IMG/VR virus record: IMGVR_UViG_3300011559_000001
Location: 1-64,000 of that record
DNA length: 64,000 nt
Source of the DNA: a virus
Taxonomy: Duplodnaviria; Caudoviricetes
Direction: 5' to 3' (one strand)
The stretch's first letter is position 1; every line of letters begins with the position of its first letter. The notes below the pieces were generated by a model, which was given only the letters and a program-made list of their open reading frames with translations, was not told where the DNA came from and did not search any database. Below are positions 26,730 to 36,845 of this stretch, piece by piece. The translations under genes and the position numbers were made by a program.

Positions 26730-27569
26730 ATGAATGAAAAGTTCAACATCGGCACCGGCGGTGAGTTCGTCGCTGAAGCGCCCAAGCATCACCTGCTGCT
26801 CAACAGCCACATCAACTTCATCGTCTCCAACGAGCCGGTGGAATCCAAGGACTTCAAGGACTTCTCCGAGTTCTTGGCCAAGGTCGGCGAAGTGGCCAAC
26901 AAGCAGCACAAGCTGATCAACGACGAATACGAAGAGCTGCGTGACCGCGGCCTGGCGGCGCAGAACATCAAGGAAGTGCGTGATGGCCTGGGTGACATCA
27001 TCGTCACCACCGACGGCCTGCTGTACCGCCTGGGCATCCCGTACACCAACATCTTCGCCCCGGCCCTGCCGGTACTGGACCCGCAGTCGGTCAACCGTTC
27101 GGCGACCATCAACAGCATCCATGAGCGCCTGTACGGACTGGAGCTGAACCTGCGCGCCCTGCAGGATCGTCTGAACGATTCCAACTACGGCAGCCACGCT
27201 CGTTTCCTGCAGCGTATCGCCGGCACTGCCGAACAGGTCTACCTCAACGTGTACGCGCTGGCCTACCAGCTGGGCGTTGACCTGGCCGCCGATCAGCGTG
27301 CGATCTACACATCGAACCTGACCAAGTTCGACACCGACGAGTCCGTCGCCCAGCAGGGCCTGGCCAAGTACGAAGCCATGGGCGTGGCCGCCGCCCTGTA
27401 CCCGAAGGAAGTGGACGGCGTGGTCTACTACGTCATCAAGTGCACCGAAGACCGCGTGATCAAGGGCCGCCCGTTCCCGGCCGGCAAGTTCCTCAAGTCG
27501 GTGCTGTTCCAGGAGCCGGTCCTCGACCCGCTGCCGGAAGGTGCCCTGCTGAACACCCTGTTCACCTGA
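26730..27569 (+). CDS. all-alpha NTP pyrophosphohydrolase (MazG-like/PRA-PH)
   Basis: LINDEYEEL..EVRDGLGDII, SNLTKF, GKFLKS. Confidence 0.75.
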   Translation: MNEKFNIGTGGEFVAEAPKHHLLLNSHINFIVSNEPVESKDFKDFSEFLAKVGEVANKQHKLINDEYEELRDRGLAAQNIKEVRDGLGDIIVTTDGLLYRLGIPYTNIFAPALPVLDPQSVNRSATINSIHERLYGLELNLRALQDRLNDSNYGSHARFLQRIAGTAEQVYLNVYALAYQLGVDLAADQRAIYTSNLTKFDTDESVAQQGLAKYEAMGVAAALYPKEVDGVVYYVIKCTEDRVIKGRPFPAGKFLKSVLFQEPVLDPLPEGALLNTLFT

Positions 27570-28093
27570 TGCGGCCGTCCGACGTCGTCAAGGCACTGTC
27601 GGAGTTCCTCTGGCAGGCCGGTGACCATAAGCGCCGTTCGGATTCGTTCATCGCCCACGGTGGCGGGGACAAGCAGCGTGAGGCCGCTGAGACCGAAGAG
27701 AACGTCAAGGAGCTGAAGCAGGAAATGCTGACCGCTCTGGAAACGTTGGAAAAGATCTGCGTCCTGCTGCCGGCTGATCGGGTCGGTACGGTGTATATCG
27801 CAGGTCCCATGACGGGACTGCCCGAGTACAACTTCCCGGCCTTCAACGAGGCTGCCGAAGCACTGCGTGCGCAAGGCGAGACCGTTTACAATCCGGCCGA
27901 CCATGGCTTGGTTGAAGGTGCTCTGTGGGACGACTACCTGCGCTTTGACATTGGCAATCTGGTCAAGTGTGAGTCGATCTACCTGCTGCCGGGTTGGTCC
28001 AACTCCAAGGGTGCACGCACCGAGCTCAAGTTGGCCAAGAAGTTGGACATCGTCGTGCGCTTTGCGCCCGGTGCTGAACAGCCGCTAGACTGA
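27569..28093 (+). CDS. DUF4406 (nucleoside deoxyribosyltransferase-like) protein
   Basis: VYIAGPMTGLPEYNFPAF..NPA..LPGWSNSKGARTE. Confidence 0.85.
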   Translation: MRPSDVVKALSEFLWQAGDHKRRSDSFIAHGGGDKQREAAETEENVKELKQEMLTALETLEKICVLLPADRVGTVYIAGPMTGLPEYNFPAFNEAAEALRAQGETVYNPADHGLVEGALWDDYLRFDIGNLVKCESIYLLPGWSNSKGARTELKLAKKLDIVVRFAPGAEQPLD

Positions 28094-28158
28094 CAGCATA
28101 AGCCCCCGCCTTCGGGCGGGGGTTCTATGCCGATTTTCTTTTGGGATACAACTTACAC

Positions 28159-28176
28159 TCAGACCTATACTATCGC
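28159..28176 (+). promoter_or_regulatory. promoter motif TCAGACCTATACTATCGC
   Basis: Exact 18-bp copy at 45705-45722; directly after a terminator. Confidence 0.7.
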
Positions 28177-28211
28177 CTTGATAGGTGCCCACTTTAAACA
28201 AGGAGCTTTAC

Positions 28212-28844
28212 ATGCTGTATATCCACAATCGCAGCTTCGGTATGGAAGTCCATCGCATTCGCAGTGACCACGACTGTACGGAAGTGGCGCACCGCAAGTT
28301 GAGTGGCAATGCGCGCCTGCAGGCTAAGTCCTACAAGGTCGGTGGGCATGAGTTCGTCGGTGCCTACAATCTCCGCGAGAACGACGGCTGCGAACTGGGT
28401 GAGTTGTACCGCAGTGAAAAGAGGGACCTGCCCCAGCCCTTCAGCATCATTTATGATCTCTACTGGCGCAAGGCCGGTGAGAAGATGTCCTTTGACGAAT
28501 GGCTGGCGGTGATCCCGCGTAGTGGTCTTACGCGCAACCCGTCCCATCATGGTCTGTACTGGGACCGCGAACTGAAGCTGCATTACCTGGCCCTACCCTC
28601 GGACAAGCCGCCGGAAATCACCCCGATCGAAGAGAGTGCGGTGATCGTGGGCTACAAGGTGTTCACGCTGGCTGCACTGGTGGAACAGCGCCGGAAGAAA
28701 CTGACTGGCGAATTGGAACTGCTGGGCCATTACTCGGGCCTGCTCAACGACCGGCATGTCTACGACCTCAGTCGTGTGCCGGATGAGAAGAACCGTCTGC
28801 CGTTCTCGGACTGGATCGCAGGGCTGGCTAACCGCCGCACCTAG
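28212..28844 (+). CDS. hypothetical protein
   Basis: AAGGAG RBS. Confidence 0.7.
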   Translation: MLYIHNRSFGMEVHRIRSDHDCTEVAHRKLSGNARLQAKSYKVGGHEFVGAYNLRENDGCELGELYRSEKRDLPQPFSIIYDLYWRKAGEKMSFDEWLAVIPRSGLTRNPSHHGLYWDRELKLHYLALPSDKPPEITPIEESAVIVGYKVFTLAALVEQRRKKLTGELELLGHYSGLLNDRHVYDLSRVPDEKNRLPFSDWIAGLANRRT

Positions 28845-28900
28845 TCATTTCTTACCGACCTGAGTCATCTTAGGCATACCTTCACCAATCAGAGACACCT

Positions 28901-29776
28901 ATGTCCATCCTGTCTGACCGTCAGATCCTCAAGCTTTGTGACTTGGGACCGATCATCTCCTACGCCGCAATGCGTGAGGAGATGGAAAAGGACGAACAGC
29001 TACTGGCTGAAATTGAGACCTACGTTGCCGCCCTACCCAACAAGAACCATCCCAAGCTCTTCGAAGCGGCTGAAATGACCAGCCGTATCCACGATCGCTG
29101 GCGCGCCCAGCCGTTCGGAATGATTCATCCCTTCGACGCCAGTTTGATCCGCGAAGTAATCGATGAAGAAAGCGAGCGGCGGTATAACACGGCCCTTGTC
29201 GATTGGGCGAAGGCCAATCCCACCCAAGGTCCCTCGCAGGAACTGCAGGCTGAGCTCCGTGCGAAGTTCCCGCAGCAGCACCGCAAGATTGTCAGCAAGG
29301 GACTGACCTCCTACGGTTACGACGTGAGTCTGTCGGATCGGGTCAAGTTGTTCACCAACATCAACTCGGCCACGATCGACCCCAAGCGCTTCAACGAAGA
29401 AGAGTCGCTGGTGGATGCGGTCGTCAAGACCGATCCGCGCGACAACAGTCGGTATGTGATGCTGCCGCCGAACAGCTACCTGCTGGGTGTGACCAACGAG
29501 TACTTCCGCATCCCGCGCAACGTCATGGTGATCTGCCTGGGCAAGTCCACCTATGCACGGTGCGGTGCGATCGTCAATGCCACGCCGATCGAGCCGGGCT
29601 TCCACGGTAACGTGGTGATCGAGATCAGCAACTCGACGCCCTCACCCATGCGCATCTACGTCGACGAAGGCATTGCCCAGTTCCTGTTCTTCGAAGGTGA
29701 GGAATGCCAGACCAGCTACGCCGACCGGGGTGGCAAGTACCAAGGTCAGACGGGCGTCACCCTGCCCAAGGTCTAA
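28901..29776 (+). CDS. dcd: dCTP deaminase with N-terminal insertions
   Basis: [40 protein letters not shown]. Confidence 0.93.
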   Translation: MSILSDRQILKLCDLGPIISYAAMREEMEKDEQLLAEIETYVAALPNKNHPKLFEAAEMTSRIHDRWRAQPFGMIHPFDASLIREVIDEESERRYNTALVDWAKANPTQGPSQELQAELRAKFPQQHRKIVSKGLTSYGYDVSLSDRVKLFTNINSATIDPKRFNEEESLVDAVVKTDPRDNSRYVMLPPNSYLLGVTNEYFRIPRNVMVICLGKSTYARCGAIVNATPIEPGFHGNVVIEISNSTPSPMRIYVDEGIAQFLFFEGEECQTSYADRGGKYQGQTGVTLPKV

Positions 29777-29787
29777 TAGGAAGGACT

Positions 29788-30294
29788 ATGAACTTTTTCG
29801 GTAACCGCAATCTCGAGCCGCAGTCCCACAGCGTGAAAGACCAGCATGTCGTGGGCGATCAAGTCATCACCACGCATGTCTCTCCGATGGAAGCGGGTCG
29901 CACCCTCCATCTGTTGAACGCCACCGGCGACGGCGACCAAGCGCTCTATGACAAGGGCCTGTTCACGATGACCGACAGCTTGGACATCCTTTTCATCAGT
30001 CACATCCTCGATGTGGATGATGTCCTGCACCGGGTTCAGCCGTACACGCGCGTCGCCAAGAAACGCCACGACACTGTCCTGTCGGTGGTTGTGCCACTGA
30101 TCGATCAGAACTTGGAACTGAAGGTAACCGTCAACACTCCCACTGGGTCGGTATCCTCCAGTGCCAACGATCGCGTCAAGGGTTTCATTCTGGGTGGCAG
30201 TCGCGGCTTTAACCGCAACATCCCCGGCCTGAACGTGATTGAGCAGCCGGCACCGAAGCGCAAGGTAGGTCGCAAGCCCAAGGTCATGGGGTAA
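29788..30294 (+). CDS. hypothetical protein
   Basis: AAGGA RBS. Confidence 0.65.
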   Translation: MNFFGNRNLEPQSHSVKDQHVVGDQVITTHVSPMEAGRTLHLLNATGDGDQALYDKGLFTMTDSLDILFISHILDVDDVLHRVQPYTRVAKKRHDTVLSVVVPLIDQNLELKVTVNTPTGSVSSSANDRVKGFILGGSRGFNRNIPGLNVIEQPAPKRKVGRKPKVMG

Positions 30295-30301
30295 GTTGAC
30301 T

Positions 30302-30613
30302 ATGGACAAGATCCTACGCAAGCGTCCCAATCCGGGACTACCGTACGCCATCGTTGCATTGGGGCTGCTGCTCTTTGTGGTGCTGAAGTTCATCGTGACT
30401 GTCGTGTTGGCAGCACAAGCTCAGCCTTCAGAACTCTGGCGTGCTGAAAAGGCACGCCAGGAGTCGAAGCTGCGCACCGAGAAGTGCCAGCCCACTGAGA
30501 ACTTCTCGAAGGACGTCAAGGCACACAACGTCTATTCGGGGGAGACCTACTACAGTGTCCGTCGTCAGTTCATCTGCGAAGACGGCTCGGTGGCTTGGAA
30601 GTCCATCGATTAA
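30302..30613 (+). CDS. membrane-anchored hypothetical protein
   Basis: One TM helix. Confidence 0.6.
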   Translation: MDKILRKRPNPGLPYAIVALGLLLFVVLKFIVTVVLAAQAQPSELWRAEKARQESKLRTEKCQPTENFSKDVKAHNVYSGETYYSVRRQFICEDGSVAWKSID

Positions 30614-30627
30614 TCCAAGGCTTGGAA

Positions 30628-31065
30628 ATGACGAAACAATACACCCGCGCTGAGTTCGCTCAGCGCTATGCGCAGGTACGTCGTGAACTGGGTGGCGGCA
30701 CCACCGTGGTATCCAGCGGTGGCGCACTGCTGATGCTGGGACTGCGCAAGTCCACCGGTGATCTGGACTTGGATGTGGACGAGGCGGTGTTCAACAAGCA
30801 CCGCACGCCTGCCAATACCGAAACCTTCGGTAAGGTCCAGATCGTCAACTACGCCAGTGACGTCGCGTTGCATGTCCTGGATCCGTTCCGGGAAACGCAG
30901 ATCGTTCTGGGGGTGCGGATCTACAGCATCAACGAACTGATCCAGCAGAAACAAGACCTGATCGACAACCCTGCGCGTAAGCCGGAAAAGATCGCCCAAG
31001 ACCGGGTCGATCTGAAGGGACTGCGTGATTTGCTCACGCGCCGTCCTCGTTCATCGAGCTGGTAA
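30628..31065 (+). CDS. minimal nucleotidyltransferase-like protein
   Basis: GGAL..LGLR..TGDLDLDV, K..RKPEK..D motifs. Confidence 0.65.
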   Translation: MTKQYTRAEFAQRYAQVRRELGGGTTVVSSGGALLMLGLRKSTGDLDLDVDEAVFNKHRTPANTETFGKVQIVNYASDVALHVLDPFRETQIVLGVRIYSINELIQQKQDLIDNPARKPEKIAQDRVDLKGLRDLLTRRPRSSSW

Positions 31066-31088
31066 TCCACAACCCTACAATAGGATAC

Positions 31089-31808
31089 ATGTCCATGGCA
31101 ATGGCTGAAGATGGGGGCGGCGTTTACGTCGGCCAGAAAGTGAGTCGCCAAGGCGACATGGGCGAGGGCCTGAAGTTGGAGATCCTTCGTGAAGCCGACG
31201 GCGATCTGATCGTGAGCATCATGGGTGTGCACGACAAGTTCAGTCCCGACCACGCCATCCAGTTCTGCGTACCGGGCACGGGTGGCGGTACGAGCCGCCA
31301 CACGTTCAAGGCCCTGCAGGATCTGCGGGTGGCCATGGCGTTGGACGAACAGGAACGCAAGCAGCCGATTCCCGATCGCTACATCACCGTCGTACTCTCG
31401 CATCTGAATGATGAGCGTCCGAATTACAGCGGTGTGGTCATTCCGCGTGAGGCGATGCAGGCTGCTTTCTTGAAGTTCAGTGAGCGTCTGCGCGCTAAGG
31501 GTGGCCTGCGGGTGGAGTTGGGTACTCCCAAGCCTGACCTGTTCGAGAAAGCCGACCACTACATGAACCGCCTTGTCAACACCGTGGATGAGACCAAGGT
31601 GTGCGGTAAGCTGGAGAACATCCGCATCGAAGGCAATCAAGTCGTTGCCAGGTTCACTAAGACCGGCCCCATGGCCGATCGTCTCGCCGACCTGTCGTAT
31701 CCGAAGGACTACGTCTTCGGTATCCGCTACTTGAGCGGACTGGACGGCGAAGGAAAGAAGACCTTCGTGGGTCCCATGACCTGGTCGGTCGTCGCACCCG
31801 AGCGTTAA
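31089..31808 (+). CDS. hypothetical protein; C-terminal domain resembles phiKZ-type prohead protease
   Basis: ELGTP, DETKVC, TGP, FGIR, TW motifs. Confidence 0.45.
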   Translation: MSMAMAEDGGGVYVGQKVSRQGDMGEGLKLEILREADGDLIVSIMGVHDKFSPDHAIQFCVPGTGGGTSRHTFKALQDLRVAMALDEQERKQPIPDRYITVVLSHLNDERPNYSGVVIPREAMQAAFLKFSERLRAKGGLRVELGTPKPDLFEKADHYMNRLVNTVDETKVCGKLENIRIEGNQVVARFTKTGPMADRLADLSYPKDYVFGIRYLSGLDGEGKKTFVGPMTWSVVAPER

Positions 31809-31833
31809 CAACAAGAACTTTAAGGGGATGTAA

Positions 31834-32616
31834 GTGCAAGTCGTACAGATGGAGCGCCCAACGCGCAGCCGTTACTACAAGCAGGGTTACAGCAAGGGCG
31901 ACATCAAGTTCCGTCAGCGGGCCTTGGTGTTGCGTTTCATGGAAAAGCATCTGGGGGAGGTGTCATTACCAACGTTTCTCACCCTGCCCGGTGAGGACTG
32001 GCTGTTTGAATTGATGGCCCTGCAGTTGTGGCCGCGTGCGGCCTTCGTGGGCGTGGAGAACTCTGCTGCCACCTACGCCCGAGGTCGACTGGCCATCCCG
32101 CGCAACGCGCTGGCCATGATCTACGATCGCGATGAAGTACAGGACCGTGAGTTCCAGTACGGGCGCTCCAGCTTCAGCTACAGCCGCATCTCCAACGGCA
32201 CCTACCGTACCGGTACCTCCGTCAAGGAAAGTCGTCGTCGCTCCAATCGTTTGGTACTGATGGATGTCAATGACTACCTGACGATGTTTGCCGAAGACCA
32301 CGGCGCCTCGATGCAGCAGAAGAAGGCATTTGTCTACAAGTTCCTCCACAAGCACGCAGTGTGGTTGGACTACACCGGTACGCTCACAGCCAAGACCTTG
32401 CGTGCCATCGGTCACTTGCACATGTGCATTGCCGACACCGTACACGAAAAGCCGGTGGTGATCACCGTGCGCAATGGGCGCGACAAATACAAGTCCAAGG
32501 AAGAGCGCGTAGCGGCTATCAAGGCCGCACAGCCCGGACTGGATGTGCGTCGCGTATGGACCTACAAAGGCGCAGGTGGCTGCTCGATGCTCACCGTCTG
32601 CGGCGTCATGACCTGA
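31834..32616 (+). CDS. hypothetical protein, possible methyltransferase fold
   Basis: LTLPG..FVGVE..VWLDYTG. Confidence 0.5.
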   Translation: MQVVQMERPTRSRYYKQGYSKGDIKFRQRALVLRFMEKHLGEVSLPTFLTLPGEDWLFELMALQLWPRAAFVGVENSAATYARGRLAIPRNALAMIYDRDEVQDREFQYGRSSFSYSRISNGTYRTGTSVKESRRRSNRLVLMDVNDYLTMFAEDHGASMQQKKAFVYKFLHKHAVWLDYTGTLTAKTLRAIGHLHMCIADTVHEKPVVITVRNGRDKYKSKEERVAAIKAAQPGLDVRRVWTYKGAGGCSMLTVCGVMT

Positions 32617-32627
32617 AGGAATTATCC

Positions 32628-32915
32628 ATGAACGATTTCGAATCCTGCACCATCCCCAATGCCCCTACCAACCGCGTGGAGCAGATGATTGCCCATGTCA
32701 ACTTCCAGTGGGCCCTCAACCGTGTCCGTCGCCGTGTCGGCAACAACAACGTCGTAGGCCTCGTCGGCCTGGTGACTTTCATGCAGGAGAACTTCCCGCG
32801 TCCGCCGCTGTCCTTCGGCCAGAAGCTGCTGCAGCCGCTGCGCCAGCTGAAGCATCGCTTCATGCTCAAGTTCTTCCCGGAGCCGATCGACGACTCCTGC
32901 CCCTGCTGCCGCTAA
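32628..32915 (+). CDS. hypothetical protein
   Basis: AAGGA RBS. Confidence 0.6.
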   Translation: MNDFESCTIPNAPTNRVEQMIAHVNFQWALNRVRRRVGNNNVVGLVGLVTFMQENFPRPPLSFGQKLLQPLRQLKHRFMLKFFPEPIDDSCPCCR

Positions 32916-32924
32916 GGAACCATC

Positions 32925-33116
32925 ATGCCAATGACGTTTGACGGGGACAACACCGAGTATTATCCCCGTCCCAACGGCAACTACGTGATTGCCCCGCCCG
33001 TGCCGGACAAAGAACCCGAGCCCGATCCTCCCAAGGCGGTACCGCCTCCGCCCAAGCGGGCAGGATCGTTCCGCAAGCGCATCGCCCGGTTGGCGCGCTA
33101 TCTGCTCAAACGTTGA
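32925..33116 (+). CDS. Pro-rich hypothetical protein
   Basis: AAGGA RBS. Confidence 0.55.
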   Translation: MPMTFDGDNTEYYPRPNGNYVIAPPVPDKEPEPDPPKAVPPPPKRAGSFRKRIARLARYLLKR

Positions 33117-33127
33117 GGTCTTCTGAC

Positions 33128-33784
33128 ATGTACATCACTCTGGTACGTCACGGTCAGTCCGAATCGAATATCGGCATCCACGACCACACCGCTGCGGGCG
33201 ACCACAAGGTGTGCCTGACCCCGCTGGGTTGCCAACAGGCCGAACGGGCCGGTGCAGATCTGATCCAGGAGTTTATCGGGTCGATCCATGGCGAGACCTT
33301 GATCTACTGCTCGCCCTACCAGCGTACCCGCCAGACGCTACAGCACATGCTCAAGGGTGCGTGCGATATGGACGCTCGAATCCCGCCGCCGCGGATTTTC
33401 GAAGACGCTCGACTGCGGGAGATCGAACGCGGCTACGGGGACTCAGAAGAACAGCAGGCACTGCGTCCGATCCACGGGTACTTCTACTACCGCTACGCCG
33501 GCGGTGAGAGTCCTGCTGACTGCTTTGATCGCACCAGCAACTTCTTGGAAAGCATGATGCGCCAGGTCAAGCGCAAGCAGCCCCAAGACGTGGTGATCGT
33601 CACCCATGGTCTGGCCATCCGCTGTTTTGTCATGCGGTTCATGCATCTGACGGTGGAGCAGTTCGAATCGCTGGACAACCCCGACAACTGCGACATCATC
33701 ACCATCGGTCCGAAGGAAGTCATCGAAGACCCGGTGTTCGTCAGCGGACGTTGGGCGGTGTCGGGCATCAAGCTGAGGAAGTGA
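33128..33784 (+). CDS. histidine phosphatase (phosphoglycerate mutase family)
   Basis: LVRHGQS, SPYQRTRQT, LREIE, GGES, VTHG. Confidence 0.92.
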   Translation: MYITLVRHGQSESNIGIHDHTAAGDHKVCLTPLGCQQAERAGADLIQEFIGSIHGETLIYCSPYQRTRQTLQHMLKGACDMDARIPPPRIFEDARLREIERGYGDSEEQQALRPIHGYFYYRYAGGESPADCFDRTSNFLESMMRQVKRKQPQDVVIVTHGLAIRCFVMRFMHLTVEQFESLDNPDNCDIITIGPKEVIEDPVFVSGRWAVSGIKLRK

Positions 33785-33785
33785 C

Positions 33786-34118
33786 ATGAAAACTCAACTC
33801 ACCTTGCGAGAGAAAATCGCTCTGACCTCCCCACTGTATTCGGGTGTCAAGGAAGCAGTGGGCTGGACGGACGAGGAACACGCATGGGGTCGTCTGCTGA
33901 CCTTGAATACGAGGGATCACCTGCGCATTTACATGCAGCTCAAAGAAGGCCGACCCTGCACGCCCGAAGAGGCTCGCCGCTACCTTGAGTTCGAGAAGTG
34001 GTTGAACGAGGTCCATCGTCCTCGCAAGTACGTTGAAGGTGGTGTGGCGTTCGAGTACCTGCGCAAGTTTGATGCCTACCTTGAAGCCAACCCTCATTTG
34101 AAGATTGAAACCCCGTAA
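33786..34118 (+). CDS. hypothetical protein
   Basis: GAGG RBS. Confidence 0.6.
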   Translation: MKTQLTLREKIALTSPLYSGVKEAVGWTDEEHAWGRLLTLNTRDHLRIYMQLKEGRPCTPEEARRYLEFEKWLNEVHRPRKYVEGGVAFEYLRKFDAYLEANPHLKIETP

Positions 34119-34124
34119 CCTGCC

Positions 34125-34430
34125 ATGATCATCACCCCTGAAGAAATGATCCCTCGGTTTGCCAAGATCCGTCAGTATGCGGTGTCCACGATCAACTACC
34201 ACCGTGCGTATATCGAACGGCAGTTGGGTGTGGCCTTCCCGGGTCTGACGTTCCAGATCATCCGCTGGGAGCGCATCAGTCGTTCCCAAGCGCAGATAGA
34301 GATCAAAGTGACCAAGGACGATCTTGTCCAGAACATCGAGTTTGAGCAGGCCTGCAAACGCATCCCTTCGGTGGAGCCGCAGCGTATGCCCAGACTCTCC
34401 ATGAATCGGAGTAATTATGCCAGGTTTTAA
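34125..34430 (+). CDS. hypothetical protein
   Basis: Operonic ORF. Confidence 0.55.
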   Translation: MIITPEEMIPRFAKIRQYAVSTINYHRAYIERQLGVAFPGLTFQIIRWERISRSQAQIEIKVTKDDLVQNIEFEQACKRIPSVEPQRMPRLSMNRSNYARF

Positions 34431-34448
34431 ACCCCATGAGGTGCGGTC

Positions 34449-34718
34449 ATGACCCGTCGTCGTGTTTGCACCGGACAGGTACCCTTGTCCGTGATCGCAG
34501 CGATGGCACTGGCGGCACATGCTGGAGTGTCGTCCGCTCGTCCTACTGGCCATCGTCCTGAGGATGATGCGTACGACGAGTCCCAGCACACCGGTGGCCG
34601 TCGGGACTACGAGCGGGATCAACCCGAAGCGCAGGAAGATCCGGGTGACACCCGTCCGGAGTGGCAGAAGATCGGTGACCGCAAGGGCCGTTCTCGCCCC
34701 AACAAGAGCCGTCGGTGA
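34449..34718 (+). CDS. small hypothetical protein, RPEWQK motif
   Basis: GAGG RBS; shares C-terminus with next gene. Confidence 0.55.
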   Translation: MTRRRVCTGQVPLSVIAAMALAAHAGVSSARPTGHRPEDDAYDESQHTGGRRDYERDQPEAQEDPGDTRPEWQKIGDRKGRSRPNKSRR

Positions 34719-34903
34719 TGGCGGCGCTCGACGGCGCCTATCGGAAGACCCTGCCCACAACCGAGCGGTGGTCTTACGACTTCCAAGAAGAGCGCAAACA
34801 TCGTAAAGCGCTGGAAGAAAAGTACCCGCCTGACCGCCGCCCCGAATGGCAGAAACTGCGTGACCGTAAAGGTCATTCCCGAGTTATGAAGAAACGCAAG
34901 TGA
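34718..34903 (+). CDS. small hypothetical protein, RPEWQK motif
   Basis: TGATG coupling. Confidence 0.55.
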   Translation: MAALDGAYRKTLPTTERWSYDFQEERKHRKALEEKYPPDRRPEWQKLRDRKGHSRVMKKRK

Positions 34904-35121
34904 TGAAACGTAATCCCCGTAAAGATAGCAAAAGCAAATGGACCGATGAGCATGTCGTACGTTACGATTTGCAGTATGACATCTACTGGGTGGGTTCTGA
35001 GTTTGTCAAGCGCGTCGAGAAGCTGGTAGGTGTATTGCGACCCTTGTTGCATCGGCAAGGTTATGCCTTGTCACAGCAGCAGGTGGATTGGCTCCACGAC
35101 AATAACTACATCATCGCCTGA
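34903..35121 (+). CDS. hypothetical protein
   Basis: TGATG coupling. Confidence 0.55.
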   Translation: MKRNPRKDSKSKWTDEHVVRYDLQYDIYWVGSEFVKRVEKLVGVLRPLLHRQGYALSQQQVDWLHDNNYIIA

Positions 35122-35128
35122 GGCACGC

Positions 35129-35632
35129 ATGTCTGAGTCCAATGAAAAATCCTTCGCCCAGCTCTGGGCCGAACGCGATCCCAACAAGACCTCCACCTTC
35201 CACGGTGGTAATCGAGTGCCGCTGCAGTTGGTCATTGCCGGATCCATCGAAGATGCGATGAAGTGCGCCAGCGTGCTGGGCGCGCCGATGGCCAACTCCC
35301 TGGAGTCGCTGTTCAACGCACACGGTATCCAGCTGTTGCCGCCCCATGGCCAGACTCGCTCCGGTTACACGCGCCGCCTGAGCAACATCATCGAACTGCT
35401 CAAGCAGGGCCAATCCGGTGTTTACGTGGCTGCATCTGACCGCAAGCCTGACGAAACCCTGGTCGAGCTGGTTTACCGTTACAACTGGCCGGAGAAGCTG
35501 CTGTTCCTGTCCGATGAGATCTGGCTGTGCCGCGACGGTACGGCTTACCCCATGCGAGTGAAGGACAACTCGCGTGTGGCGTTCGACTATTCGCAGGCCA
35601 AACTCATCGAAGGTTCCGGTCACGCGATGTGA
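35129..35632 (+). CDS. hypothetical protein
   Basis: GAGG RBS. Confidence 0.6.
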   Translation: MSESNEKSFAQLWAERDPNKTSTFHGGNRVPLQLVIAGSIEDAMKCASVLGAPMANSLESLFNAHGIQLLPPHGQTRSGYTRRLSNIIELLKQGQSGVYVAASDRKPDETLVELVYRYNWPEKLLFLSDEIWLCRDGTAYPMRVKDNSRVAFDYSQAKLIEGSGHAM

Positions 35633-35684
35633 GTGAAAATTCACGTGGCTGAATGAGCGTATAGAACTACTCCAAGGACCTGTC

Positions 35685-35888
35685 ATGCCCAACTGGCTTT
35701 TCAAGACCCTGCTCACCCTGGCACTGTTGGTGGTGGACGTTGCAATCGTCGCCCAGATCTTCCAGTACTGGGCAGGGATGATGTACTTCCCGCTCATCGG
35801 TACGTTCGTAGTCGCCGCTTTCCATCTGGCGGTGTTGCTGGTGCTCGTCACCGTCCACGTGAAACTGATCCAATACAAGAAGGCTTAA
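35685..35888 (+). CDS. small membrane protein
   Basis: Two TM helices. Confidence 0.65.
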   Translation: MPNWLFKTLLTLALLVVDVAIVAQIFQYWAGMMYFPLIGTFVVAAFHLAVLLVLVTVHVKLIQYKKA

Positions 35889-35894
35889 CCACCC

Positions 35895-36611
35895 ATGTTC
35901 CGCACGCTTCCCTTCCTGCTGTCCCTGTTGCTGGTGCTGTTCGTCGCCGGCTGTTCCCGCGCCCCGTCCAACGTGATGGTGATCAACACCACCGACTGCG
36001 GCAAGTCCTGGTCGCTGATTCCCACCGGCTCCACGATCCCCAAGAACACCGGCAACTACTGCGGCTACAACATCACCTTGCCGGACTACCCGATGCAGGG
36101 TGAAGCTGAGTTCCGCACCCAGTTCGCCAACAACGTGCTGGTGAAGGTCCAGATCAGCTACGACTACCAGATCGTCGACGCGATCAAGTACATCAACTTT
36201 GCCAAGTTTCTGGGCAAGATGAAGGACAGCACCTCCGACGCCGGCGAAGCCAATGCCGATGACAAGGGCAAGTCCAAGTACGAAGCGGCCGAGAACGTGG
36301 TCATCGACGTGCGCCTGCGTGAGCTGGTGACCAGCACCACCAATACCGAAGACATCGTCAAGTTCAACCCGTCTGCGTATGAAGATGAGCTGTTCAAGCG
36401 TGCCAATGATGCGCTCGGTGAGCGTGGCGTGCGCCTGAACTCGATGACCTTCGTGATCCTGCTCGAAGACCAGACCCGTATGGCCATCGATGCGGCCACG
36501 GCAATGGCCGTGTACGAATCCAAGGGCATGGGTGAACTGGGCAGGCAGCTGACCATCGCCCGTGCCGGCGCGACCCGTGTGGAAGTCCACACCGACGGGT
36601 CGGATAAGTAA
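35895..36611 (+). CDS. lipoprotein, SPFH/band-7-like
   Basis: Lipobox VAGC; band-7-like pattern ending ..AIDAA. Confidence 0.65.
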   Translation: MFRTLPFLLSLLLVLFVAGCSRAPSNVMVINTTDCGKSWSLIPTGSTIPKNTGNYCGYNITLPDYPMQGEAEFRTQFANNVLVKVQISYDYQIVDAIKYINFAKFLGKMKDSTSDAGEANADDKGKSKYEAAENVVIDVRLRELVTSTTNTEDIVKFNPSAYEDELFKRANDALGERGVRLNSMTFVILLEDQTRMAIDAATAMAVYESKGMGELGRQLTIARAGATRVEVHTDGSDK

Positions 36612-36707
36612 AGCCCATAGGCCCCCACCTTCGGGTGGGGGTTTATGCCGTCAACAATACGTCAAAGGCTACATACCCGCAGTATCACATAAGAGAAGGA
36701 GTACACC

Positions 36708-36845
36708 ATGGAACGTCTACTGGCTGTCATCGGTGGCTGCACCCTCGTTTATGCCGCCATCAAGCTCAACAACTGGATCGTGGCCGTACGGGTGGATGAC
36801 GCCCTGCGCAACCGTGGCATCGACCCGCACAAGAGACCCGCATGA
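36708..36845 (+). CDS. small membrane peptide
   Basis: AAGGAG RBS, 45 aa, ATGA overlap. Confidence 0.55.
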   Translation: MERLLAVIGGCTLVYAAIKLNNWIVAVRVDDALRNRGIDPHKRPA

